Positions 12,991 to 25,689 of a stretch of 64,000 nt of DNA are shown here, one piece after another. Source of the DNA: Phoronis australis (Eukaryota > Animalia > Phoronida); the NCBI GenBank assembly GCA_002633005.1, contig NMRA01000166.1, positions 124,001-188,000 of the forward strand, written 5' to 3'. The notes under the pieces are model-generated. The model saw only the letters and a program-made list of their open reading frames with translations. It made no database searches and was not told the origin of the DNA. Each line of letters opens with the position of its first letter. Positions within the stretch are counted from its first letter, which is position 1. The position numbers and the translations under genes are program-made.

Positions 12991-15900
12991 CCTCGTGATA
13001 TAAGTACCCACACCACACACGTAGTCGTAGGCCTACTCGGAACGCGTACCACTTTTCAAAGTGCGTTATCGTCACGTCGCCACATGACGGGAAAAATGTC
13101 ATAACAGCGGATGATCCTAACAAAGGTTATCATGCCCTCAGATTAGTTATTCACTATTAAATTTACAGAATTGCTGAGTAATAGCCCCGTGCCGTCCTGC
13201 GGTCTTGTTATTTAGCCCTGTGGCCTGTAGTGTAGAGCGCAGACGACCAGTGACCACGCAGCCTCTACTTGGATTGCAACTATTTCATCTTGCTAAAGTG
13301 CGCGCGTGCAAGCTTCCCGTGTTGCAGAGATAGCAGACATCAGATTTATGGTTACAGTCTCGTACTAGCTGCCAAGTTCATAGTCAGAGAGCAGTTTTAA
13401 AATTGGTTGTAATAAAAGTTTGAAAACCTTGATTCAGATGTTTTTTTGTGTTTGGGATGTTTATAGTCAACACACAGTGACTCAATGACATTTTCAGCGT
13501 ATGGTTCTGTGGCTTGCTGTTTTATCTCGACTGCCCGGCATTGCTCACTTGCCGTTGCGCCAAACATGCTCGGCAAAGAAGTAGGCCCAAGACAAGAATC
13601 GGGGTTAAGCGGCCGTGTGCCACTCGTCAATCAAGAATGAAATTTCGAGCCACGGCATAAATATGTGATAAAACGCTACAAAACAGCGATNTGTTTCAGG
13701 AAAAATGAAAAAATAAAAATTCCAACGATTGTGATGAGTGATGAGCTGTTTATTGTTCTGTGGCCCAGTTATGGCCTGTGAACACAGATGGAAACAGTCA
13801 AATGAATCTTATACAAAACTGTGAACTCGGCACCTAAGGAAACAATACAAAGTAAGCCAACAGTAACGCATAGCATATGAAACACAGTGTAAACTAAATT
13901 ACTTGACATAACAAAATACAACTCTCAAGGTCACAAAAATGGCCGAAGTGACCTGATCCATTAAATGAGACATGAATTGCAAAACATCCGACAACGACTG
14001 GTTAATAAAACACAACTGACTACTGTCAAAACTACTTTAAGTTAGCCACAACATACTCATATTTAGCAGCTCATTTTCAAAAAAAATTAGATACATTCAA
14101 ATTGTAAAGAACTTGCATGCAGCAGCATATCTCGGTAACAGCACAGCATGTCTGTCCATGTCAAAAGATGCGGGCAAAACACTGTAATCCAGTCACTTGG
14201 TCAAAAGAGATGCAGTAAAAAAAACAGCGCCTCCAGTGGCAATCGTCAACACTTACACCGTCAGCAAACTTTCACCCAAACTGAAAATCATTCGTAACGG
14301 TGAGTCTTGCCTCAATTGGCGTCACTGTAAAAAGTCCACTTTTCTCCCATAATGGAGACAGGTCTTGAACCCGGGCTACCAGCATGTTAGTCTGTGGTCC
14401 CAAACAATCGTCAATGAGCAATGTCTGCTGAGCACTTTTGAGAGGACTTTATTTGATGACATTACCAGAAGTTTTGATACAACAGGTGTTTACTTAGGAA
14501 CCAATAAGCTGTCTTTCAGTCCCCTGAAACTTGCAAAACCTTTGTAGGTTTCGCAATGAAATTCTTACCATTACCATATAGCTCCGCACGGTACATGTGC
14601 CTACTTGCAGGACTGTACCTAATTGCGGAACTTAGGCGCATGCACCTAATGCAGAACATTCATTGATTATGATTACTGTTTTTAGATCATGAGATTAACT
14701 AAATGTTTCTATATATAAGTCATTCTTGAAAGTAAAGCTTATAATGAGTTTTAAAACTATTTTTAGAATTTAACTGTTCCTGTACTCACCCAGTGTGCCA
14801 CGCACTGTGTGAAATAAAATGCATTTAATGTATTTTTAAATCATTCAAGGTGCGCCTATAACTGGAGTACCGCCTGCGCCTAATTGTGGAACTTAGATAC
14901 ATGCGCCTATATGCGGCATGTCTTGGCTGTGAAAAAAACTGTGATCTGCTTATAGCTGCTGGCAGCTAATTGTGGTGCTATATGATACAGCACGCGTGGG
15001 TGCTACACAGCCCTTGTTATTTGTAACCCCGGAATTGAAATGATGCCTATGTAACCTTTTTGTTACAATGGCGTTTTATGAATAACCCGAACATCCCATC
15101 GCACTGCACTGAGGTCTATTGTCTCGGCTATAGAATCATCAAGTGGACTCCTTGTTAGCCAAGGTCTTAAACCCCAAGTGATTCTTTGAATTAGACAAAT
15201 TTTCATTTGTATATACCAGGTATTGGTGAGGATTGATGTGTTAAGTCTGTTCACGAACATTTCAAACAATGAAACTAATGTTTTGATCAAATTGCATAGT
15301 AATGTAGATCTGGTTCAGAAACTTCTAGACCACAGTACTCAAGTATGCAAAAAGAACTGTTGGTTCTGGTCTCTCCGTTTTGGAAATCGAGTTGGTGGCT
15401 TGGTATTTTTTAGTTGCTCACTTTTTCAAGAAAGAAATTTCACCTGAGATGAACAAAACAGTGCGAGATTTGTTTTTACTCATCACTTAGCAGATCATTA
15501 CCTTTTAATCATAACACATGCTATATGTAGCTTTTGAAAAAAAGAGATGGCTGAAATTGTTGCGGGTGGACATTTTTGTGTGTATTTTTTGTTGGTGAGC
15601 ACAGGTCTCCAAATAAGTCATGTTATAGACCACACAAACCAACTATTCTCTTTTGGCATTACCTAACATAGAAGTTATACAGAGCCATTTTATGTTTGAT
15701 GGTCATTTTCATCAACTTTCGCAGAGTAGCCATGAACTTCCCTTAGGTGCCATACTATTGTACAACCAATCTCACCAACTCTGTACAGGTGATATGGTGG
15801 TGCTGTTTTTGACTGATAATAAGGCATGTAGAAATTTGGCCTTGAGTGCTACCAATGATTGCTTTTGTGTTTTCACTTTGGCTCTGCAGCTGTAGATGAT

Positions 15901-16732
15901 CGTTTGTTTGGATGTGTATCAATTATCTTGGATTAATATCTTATGTTTACAATCTAAAAAACATTTACTTGCAGCGTTATCCACTTTTGCAACAAAGAAA
16001 ATCTGCTGTCTACTTTTTTAGTTAACAAAAGTTATAATGTACAATAATTGAAGTTTAACCCATAAAGTACTAAAAAGCATTGCGACATGGACTTCAAAAT
16101 AATATGCTGTTAACTTTACATGTACTAGCATACATTGGAAGGTGTTGTAAACTTTCCCAGATAAAGATTTTTTCAAATATGCCGTTAACTGGTAATTGTA
16201 GACTCAAAATGTTAGCAAAATGAATTTTGTTCAGATTACACATACCTTTGGACAGAGAACATTTTCCTGAAGAATGGACAACATATAGAAGTTTTGGCCT
16301 ATACATGATGCTCTACTTTCACGGCAGTCAGTATATTGCTGACACATATTATCACAAATTTAGTGGCAGAATGGAATACTAGCAATTTTTAGCACCAAAG
16401 GTGGAGTATGATTTTACTGCAATAACACTTGGATCAATGAGAAAGTGACACTCAGTACGAAGATGTTCTAGTGGATGTCGTACTCGTAACGTGTCAATAA
16501 AATGTGGCGACTCCTAGTAAGACTGAGTTTGAAGAAGAATGTATACAGTGGTCTTGCTGACTAGGAAGTTTTAGCTTCCTTGTACTAGTGGTAAGCCAGC
16601 GCGGGGAAGAGCAGGGACATGGTTTACTCATTAATATGTTGCCTGGACAAAGAATGGTAATTTTCACCTTGTCTAGATCTGTTTGGTTATGTTTTGAGCT
16701 GAAATGATTAACTTGTGAATGTTTTTTTCCAG

Positions 16733-19700
16733 GAGTTGCAGCAGCCAATGAGACAACATGTGCTAATTACACAACGAATGCTACGTGTTGTGGAGCCGAA
16801 GAGTTGACATGTTCTTTTTATGCATGTTATAACAAAACGGGACCTTTACCAGGTGAGTCTTGCCAATTAGTCTGTGGATAGTAGGAATATGTTACAAATT
16901 TACATTGCATTTAACGTTTATTCATTTTTATGCCCCCACATATTTATATGTGGACGCATTATGCTGTCATCTCTGTCCGTCTGTCCGTCCGGCGTCTGGC
17001 GTCCGGCGTCCGCTGCTCTATCTCCAAAACCCTTTGACATACGTTCATGAAATTGGGCACATATGTTCTATTCATGAATGGGACGGCACGTGCGAACTTT
17101 CAGACGGATCCGACTACCGGTGTGCCCCCTAGTGGCAATTTTAGTTTTTTACGCTTACCTTTGTATCTTCAAAAGTCCTGAACGGATTTTCATGAAATTT
17201 GGTATGTAGGCACCTAGTAGTGAGATGACGCTATCCTGCCGTTTTCAGATGGATTCGACATAGTTTGCGCCACCTAGTGGCCATTTTTAGTGTTTTCGAG
17301 TCTGTTTTTGTGCGTCCACCCCTCTATCAACCAAACCGCTCAAAGGATGATTGTGAAAATTGGCATGTATGTGCTTACTATAAGGAAGACAGCTGACAAT
17401 GATTTTCAGACGATTTGGACTACTGTGGCGCCTCCTAGTGGCAGTTTTGTTTTTTTGCGCCCATGGCTGTATCTCCCAAACCGTTTGCAGGATCTTTACT
17501 AAATTTAGCAAGTGTATTTATGTGATGTTGACAACGGACGATGACGACTTTAGGATGATTCTGATTACCGGTATGCCTCTAGTGGCAATTTTAGTATTTG
17601 CCTCTAGTGGCAATTTTAGTATTTTACATTGACCTCTGTATTTTCATAGGTCTTCAGGTGTATACTTTGTGTTACTTCGTGACTATGAAGGAAAAGTTCC
17701 AAGTAGAAATTTGTTTCTGGCATTCTAATGCTGTGCTAATCTCGTATGTTGGTAAATTTGTTTTTAATTCTATGTTTCTGTGGTGCTTTAAGCAACTGGT
17801 GTATAGGATGTGCTTGTATTATGAAGATTACTCACATTTTGCCCCTAGCCTATTGAGGAGACAAGGACCATGCCTTTCCATTTTGCAAAGTACAACATAC
17901 TACATATATGCCCTCTACTGGCCACTTTATGGTACCAATAAACAACCCTAGAAGGATACCGTATGCGGTGCAATTGTGGGCGCATTTCAACGCTGTGCGT
18001 TGCTCTTGTTTAGAAATATATAGCCTTATTTTGATATCGCCGAGAGAGGACACACTTTTGGCCCCTAAATCGGCCCAAAGTGGACGATCACATGAAGCAG
18101 TCTCAAAAGTTAACCTAAAATTGATCCTACCATGAAAAAATTTAAATAAACTGATAACCCTCCACTGATTCGTTGTTCCATAATCCCAGCATTGCATGTG
18201 ATACATACAATACAGGAAGATTGTACCTGCTTTGTTTGTCTGCACTGATTCATTGAAAAAAGTAAGGTGCTGTCACTAAATTGCATTCTGATGCAACCAG
18301 AACTAAATGTTGAAACAGCAAATGTACCGAAATACTTGACCTGCAGTATTGTAACAATATTCCGGTAGCCATTAGTCAGTGGGTAAGACGAACGATTTTT
18401 TGGTTCCCCCAGGATTTTCTAGTTGTGTTCTTTATGGATCAGGCAGAACATAGTTATGGCTTGCATAAATAAAAGGTTTAGTAATAAAACAATTGTGCAG
18501 TCTTGTGTCTCTTTTTCGGTAAAGAATATGACAGTCTACAATATTTTCAATGAAATATGACAGCAAAAAGTGCCAAAACATGTGATATGTAAGCTACTAA
18601 CCTTACTGTTATATACAAGGCAAAAGGCAGCCATTGATTGCTGAAGTGATTGGTTGGTATGGCTGATGTTGAAATGTTGAATTATGGGATGGAATTTACT
18701 GTTTCTGTTCCATGAGTGAAGAGTTTTTCCAATAGTGTCTTTCGTTTGCGAAAAGTGTCCTTGATACTAAGTCATTTTCGAGTGTTCATTACTGTTAGTG
18801 AATATGAAGGATATCAACTGGCTGCCTGAGTGGGATGTGGTTTGTGTCACTTTGTATACTACTTGGATTTGCTGCTGTTTCGAGACATTTCATTTCTTTG
18901 GAATATGGTTTGTTCTTTCAGCTTTCAAGTGCATTGCAATGAATGCCACATTGGAGACCAGCTGCACTGACCAAAACTTAACCTATGTGGACAAGTGTGG
19001 TATGTAACAAACTGTTCTCATGCAAAATGCCATATTTGTTTGGAGTTATCATCCAGAATGTTTTTAAGTAGCTACTGAAAAACAGAAAAGTTGAGTTAGG
19101 CATTAACTAATTGACCATGGTAATGCAAATGTGAAAATGTCGAATGTTGTGGTTTTACTTTTTAAGGTAATTTTCAAAGTTCCAAAGACATCCATTTTCA
19201 TCAAAGTTGTCATTTTTTATTTGAACGTGAAGCTGAAGTGCTTAAGTTTTCATATTTGAACAAGTTCTTACTGTTCATCGTGACCTGGCTATGGTGCATT
19301 CCACTGTATTGATTACATAACTGCAGTGACATTTTGACTTTTAAAATTTCAGTAAAGGTAGTGACGTGACTTGTGTTTGGCGTATTCTGTGTTATCTAAT
19401 GGCCATTTTTATGATACTGAAAAACACCCCTAGAATCACACTGTTTGCGGTGCTGTCATGGGCACCCTTCAATGCTCCACATTGCTGTTTTAATGTTTTA
19501 CATAGATGTAATTTTTTTAAAAATGTACTTGGCTTCTTCCAACACAGATTTTGTAATTGCTAAAAATTATACAGATGTAATTGTACTGTAAAAATATTAT
19601 CATATTGTAACTAAATCAATTGTTGTATTATCTTTAGAAAGGGCCAATTTTTAAGATGAACCATGGTATTTTTGGTCACGTCTGTTATGCATGTTAATCA

Positions 19701-22700
19701 ACTCACTACAAGGGGCAATGCATGTTTCAAATTTCTTGAGGTTGTAAAACTTAACTATTTTTACACTGGAAGCAATGTTGTGTCTATTTCAAAGTCATTT
19801 CTGTGGAATGCACCTCAGGTATTGACGTACTTAGAGAAGCCACCATTAATAGTGAATAAAATCTTTGCCAAGCTCTATCCAACACAACTAACAATTAATT
19901 TTTGGTACATGAGGATTAACATGGTACAACTCTTCATGAACGGCCTCAGCTGGTAAATCTGGCATATGTCCAATAATGAGACGAGCAGGTGAGCAAAAAC
20001 TCCGATTGAGCTTAGGTCCATTTGAGTTGAGCAGATGAAGCTGTTTAAATTACCAATGGGAGTCTATATATTATCTTTTATTACACTAGAGGCGTTTTCT
20101 GCTAGAAAAGCGACGTGCCAAGATTGCATTCATTTGTTAAATTTCTTCACACAAAAATAATTGTCAATTTTTTTCCACTTTCCTAAAGCTCACTGCTTTA
20201 TTAAAAATGTTACATTGTCATTGTGTGTTTGATAATGACAACTGTACAATATAAACTGTGATAAAAATAAAATTTCCCTCCAGTTTATTTGCATTTTCCA
20301 CCAATTTAAACTTAACAATTTGGGAGCTGAAATTCAGATGAGAAGGGTGTTCACTAAGACACAGGCACTCGTAAAGAAGTCTTGGACGTTTAAATTGATG
20401 GTGGGCAGTAAGCTGAGCATGGGCACTCAAAGGTGATAATTAAAACTTTGCCTGTGGCCAATATGCGAAGCATGGGCATTAAGTCGAACGAGTACGACAA
20501 TACTTTGCGTGAACACTTCATGAGTAGTCAGTTAATTTTTCAAGGGGATAAAATAAAGTAAGCACATTCTTCGTAAAAGTTTTTCATTAGTCACAATGAG
20601 AATTAGTTGGAGGTGAATGGAAGAATCCCTGAGGTGGTCATGAGGTAGTAGGTTGGCATCTTATGATATTGTAGCTGTAGTTTTGTTGGAATTTTGCAAT
20701 ATATGTCGCCCAACAAGGGCACAGTGGAAACAACACAACACAAGCATCCTTGTGTTCAATCTCTTGTTAATCTTCGTGCAGTGAGGTTTGGAATAAGGTG
20801 TCTTAAAGTCTATCCTCTAACAAGTACGTCTTCGTAATTTTCAAAACGTTGTTTTGTTAATCTGCAAGTCAACGACTTCCTTTCTATCACTGTTTCTTTT
20901 CTTCTATGCTATCTACCGGATAAAAACCAAGCTATCTTGTTTCATACTGTCATCGGTGGATTTATTCATTCCATTGTACCATACGGGTCATTTTGTATTG
21001 TACCAAATGGGACATTTTGTATTGTACAATCAAGGAAAATGTCCAAAAGTTGGCTAACTGTTAAACATGGTTGATCAGATTCTAACCATACAAAACTTTT
21101 GGATATAAATTATGTTTTCCAAAACAATGTTAAGAATTGTTTACAAAATGTTTTGCTGCATGATGTGCTACAACTCTTGTTGATTTCATAAAAAGTAAAA
21201 AATGAAAATGAAATGATAATTTAGAAAACTGAGTTTTTGAGATTTCATCTTGAACAATTATCTATCAAATAAGATTTGGTCACGTTTTTGATGTTTAACC
21301 ATTGTTTTGTTATCAATGTACCTTTCTTTTGTCCTAAATTTTACTGAAAAGACATGGGGCCCGTTCCAAGAAACGGACTTAAGTTCATTTTTGACTTAAG
21401 TCTAAGATTTGTCTTAACTTCCAAACTTTGAAACTTCCACATCCGGTAAGATAGTTAAAATTAAGATTGAACTTTATCAAAAACTTAATTCAAACTTAGG
21501 ATCTCTTGCTTAAAACAGTCTCGAGACAAATTTAAGTTTTATCTTAAAATTTACTAAAATTTAAAATTTGTCAGCTAAGTCAGTTTTGTTGGAACGGGTC
21601 CATGGTTACACAACTCAGTGACAGATTGGTAAAGAGTATAGGCTTTCTACGTTCAGCAAATTTTTACTTTTGCTTAGTTAAAATCTAAAGTTTTTTAAAC
21701 ATTTGACTAAATACACTCAGACTTGTTGAAACATCCTCCATAACTTAACTACAATTTTTACTGTTTTGTAATCTGTGCATATACTCATGACATACTTTTT
21801 CATTTTTTCACATTTCAAACTCCATCCTTTGTTTTCCCTGTTTTCAGTGAACACACACGTGTTATCAGCTTTATTGATCGCGTGTTATATTTGATCTGTC
21901 TATAAATTATCACAGTTCCGTTAACCTAGATATACTGCATTTCCAATGCCTCATGTGTTAAGGTGTTTATCAGCCATAGTGTGTCATGTGGAAGCTGATG
22001 CACTGGACTTGATCATTGACCTTCAGCCACTGTCAGATTCAAGTGAAATCTTTGCTGTTCTGTTATGTTGGACCTCGTTGACAAGTCTGTTTATTTAGTC
22101 AAATTTATACAAAACTATTGATTTCATCTCAGTAAAATATATATTTTCTGAAATTACTAAAAAACCTGAAGAATTTAATTTGACACCAATAAATTTTATT
22201 TGATGTTAATCTTCAAGATGCTGTTAATTTTTCTGAAGTATCAATTGGTTTTCATTTTGTGCAACTTGAGAGTTTTTAACGAAAATCATAAAAGTCCTGG
22301 TTTTTAATAGCCCTGCATGTAAAAACGAAAGATGTTTAAAAACAGCATTTTTGAAAATTTAGCATTAAGCATAATTTGTCTTGAAAGTTTTATATGAATC
22401 CAATCAGCCAATTGTGAGACTAGACGTGATGTTAAGAACTTAGTCGAATTTGGTCATTGTATGCAATGTATTTAAATAAGAAGAAACTTGCGTGTCACGC
22501 TGAATACCTATATTTCCAAAGCTTCACTCTAATGATAATTTGTTCTATGAACATATCAATGTACTGTTCTTGATTTACTGTCATGTAATTTGCTTTCCAT
22601 CACAAAAAAATATTTAGACCACATTCTAAAATTGGTCTTAGATTTGTCCTCAGAGGAGTGGATTTCAGGGCTTTGAAAGAAATGACTGTTCCTTTGTTGG

Positions 22701-24322
22701 TTGAGATCTGGCCCTACAAGTTGGCTTGTCTCAACGTGTCATGTTATGCGTCAGGTATAGATGTCAAATCTGCAAAGCCAGAAATCACTTCTTATCTGAG
22801 CAAGTGAGACCAATGTTTTCGTGGTTAGTGGCCCAAATTAAAAGCTCAGCTTTGTGTATAGAATGTGGGTTTCTAGCTGCTTCTGGAAACTTGTAGCTTA
22901 GGGACATGTAGTTATTCATGGGTGAGACATACGTAAAAAGGTATTGAGGAATTAGGCAATTTTTTAATATACCCCAGTAACCACTTTCTAACGTATCTAG
23001 TTGGTGGATTGCTTGCAAAGACTTGTTTCATTTGCGAAAAAACTCAGCTTCTCGGTTGAGCTGTTAAGTACCCGTTCAATATCCCATGTTTTTTTTTCTT
23101 GCACTGACTAATCTCACAACAGCATTGAGATGCTGTCACATGTAGGCTGCTCTGAGGGTCAACCTGCTTGTTACTATACGGTGAAGCATTTGATGCTTTC
23201 AATCAAAGTGACTGCTCCTGTTTTTGAAAATGGCTAATTTGAATACTCAAGCTTGCTTGTGATGATATCAATTTCATCAAGTCATTTTCTGTTTCCTGTA
23301 CTCTAGCTTTGTGTACTTCATGCCACCAAGTTCTATACCTTGTGTTTATTTTAACATTTCTTACTTCCCACTGCCTGCTACTGTATTCCCAGTGTCTGCT
23401 ACTGTATTCCCGCTGTCTGCCACTGTATTCCCAGTGTCTGCTACTGTATTTCCAGTGTCTGCTACTGTATTCCCACTGTCTGCTACTGCATTCCCACTGT
23501 ATGCTACTGTATTGTTTAGTTATTGTAATTCTACACTTGTTTCGCACAAAAATAATTGCATAAATTTCCATTTTTTCTATTTTTCAATTGCAGAATGTTT
23601 TTGCAAATAATATTAGGTTCAGCAGATGTTATACGTGTTACAACCTATGATTGCTATGCACTAAAACGTTGTGGAGAAATTTAACAAAACAGAATTTCAT
23701 TAGCCGGCCGTATGGTGTAGTAAATAAGTGAAGAATAACCTTAATTTTAAAGTTTCCGGACATTTTTCATCCGCTTGTGGCAGAGTTTATTTATGGTTTT
23801 GTAATTTACTAAGACATATCAGATATTATCCTCAATGTTTACCATTTTCCCTCTTTTCAATAAATCATATAAAAAGTGACGGGTTTGCAAAATGAGCATT
23901 AGGTCATTAATTGTGAACTAGTCATTTGAAAATTTTGTTCTCGGCATCAGCCATATTTAAAAATTGTTGTGATTTATTCGTTTTAAGCTGTTCAGCCTGG
24001 CCCAACTACTGCGAACAGCACGGTAATAACAATGACAACACAGACCTCCCAGCCAACAACACAGACTGCCAAGCCAACAACAAAGACTGCCCAGCCTACA
24101 ACACAGAACAGCAGCTCAACACCACAGAACCCATCAGAAACAACCACTATGCCTAAAACCACCACTACCAAAGGCATGACCACCACTACGGCACCAACAG
24201 CAAAATTCGATGCTGGTTCATTTGTTGGTGGACTTGTTCTGGGATGTGGTCTATTCCTCATAGGCATCTTTGCTTACAAGTTTTACAAGTCACGATCAAG
24301 CAAGAACTACCACACACTGTGA
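16733..24322 (+). CDS. CD164: CD164/endolyn-like sialomucin (MGC-24 family); first signal-peptide exon not located
   Basis: Phase-1 exons 16733-16852 (VAAANETTCANYTTNATCCGAEELTCSFYACYNKTGPLP), 18922-18999 (FKCIAMNATLETSCTDQNLTYVDKC) and 23988-24322 (Thr/Pro-rich mucin stalk, FDAGSFVGG transmembrane segment, YKFYKSRSSKNYHTL*). The 8-Cys domain, FDxxSFxGG and C-terminal NYHTL are CD164 hallmarks. Confidence 0.88.
16925..17640 (+). mobile_element. DINE-1/HINE-like (Helentron-associated) non-autonomous element with about 150-bp internal tandem repeats
   Basis: T-run, 5' hairpin CCACATAT-TT-ATATGTGG, GTCC/GTCT microsatellite, then repeated units containing TGAAATTTGG-like and CTAGTGGC motifs. Confidence 0.65.
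21356..21601. mobile_element. MITE with terminal inverted repeats (PIF/Harbinger-like ends)
   Basis: GGGCCCGTTCCAA ... TTGGAACGGGTCC with internal ACTTAAG-like repeats. Confidence 0.6.
23370..23511. repeat. 21-bp minisatellite, about 7 copies (CD164 intron)
   Basis: Unit TGCTACTGTATTCCCAGTGTC. Confidence 0.92.
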
Positions 24323-25523
24323 GCAGGTGAACACCGTTAAAAGGTTTTTAGTACTGCAGATGCCAATTAGGAGGTTATTGTCTTTTTCAAATTTGTCCAG
24401 TGAAGCTCTGAAAAATTGCAAAATCTCACCAGTTAAGGGCACAACGTGACAGTCAAATGAAATTTTGTTTTGTTATGTTTTCATGAAAGATGTTTAGTTT
24501 CAAATAAACTCTCTACTTTGTCCCAAGTTGTGTACCAAAGCTACCATCAGACAATATGTTAAAAAATGTTAAATATAATATACAACAATGTTAGAAGTCT
24601 TTGAAAAATGGAAAAACAGTAATTTTGTCTATAATTTTTGTTGTCCCAATTTGGTGAGATTTTTTGTGTAGGTTATTGAGAAACCTTTAAGGGCAACTCT
24701 TGTGTAGTGAGTATCAGGTAATTCCAATTAAAACTAGTTAGTCAGCAGAAGACACATGATATTGATTGGAATCGTAATACCATGCTTGTCTTTTTGGCTT
24801 TCTGTAGCTAGAGTTAGATTTCAATAAACATTACGCATTTTGTTAGATAAAAATCAAGCAATGTCATAACACCCTGAATTGTTAATAATCCTTCCAAATA
24901 GCAGTGCCAAATATTTCGTCCTCGATGCATTTATACTGGATTTTTTAAAAGGAAATGCTGAATAGTGATTCTCTAACTTTATGCAGAAAATCTGTTCCCC
25001 GTAATTCAAGAAATTCACATTAATTTGTCTCGTTTCCCTTGTACTAGTAGGTTTTACAATCGCGATGCTATAAACTTAGTTTCTCTTCATAGTTTGATGA
25101 GTGAAACATCCCGTGAACTTTTCAGGTTACGCTTTATCAGTTTTGGCCCATAACATTAGTAGACATGAAACTACAAGACCTTAGTTGGTAGTGATATGTT
25201 CAGATTTGTTTCATGACATTTTCTAAACTTCATCATTAGTCACTGATTAGATAGTAGGTATTTTCATACACGATGCTTGTTCTAATTAACACACTGGTGT
25301 TGGCCAATGCTTTTGTTTTCAGTGCTCTATGATAGTCATACTAAGAAAGTGTACTATAAATATTTCATTACACTGTCTTTAATGAAATAGATACTCTGAC
25401 ATGAATGTTTTCATGGGAGAATGTGTAATATTTAGCTTGGAAGGTTTGACACATTGTTGATATTAAGTTCTTGAAAACTTGTAAATTTAAAACGTAACTG
25501 AAAGTGATTTGTAACAACATTCC

Positions 25524-25689
25524 TTTGTGACTAGAGTATTCTTTGTGACTAGAGTATTCTTTGTGACTAGAGTATTCCTTGTGACTAGAATATTCCTTGT
25601 GACTAGAGTACTCCTTGTGACTAGAGTATTCTTTGGGACTAGAGTATTCCTTGTGACTACAGTATTCCTTATGACTAGAGTATTCTTTG
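25524..25689. repeat. 18-bp minisatellite, about 9 copies (probable CD164 3' UTR)
   Basis: Unit TTGTGACTAGAGTATTC(C/T). Confidence 0.95.

Noticed and set aside
15547-15594. MAEIVAGGHFCVYFLL|gtgag as CD164 exon 1
   Set aside because: The donor is phase 0, but the next exon needs phase 1.
23311-23610. SATVFP-repeat ORF as an extra mucin exon of CD164
   Set aside because: No AG acceptor directly before the array and no clear donor; explained by the 21-bp minisatellite.
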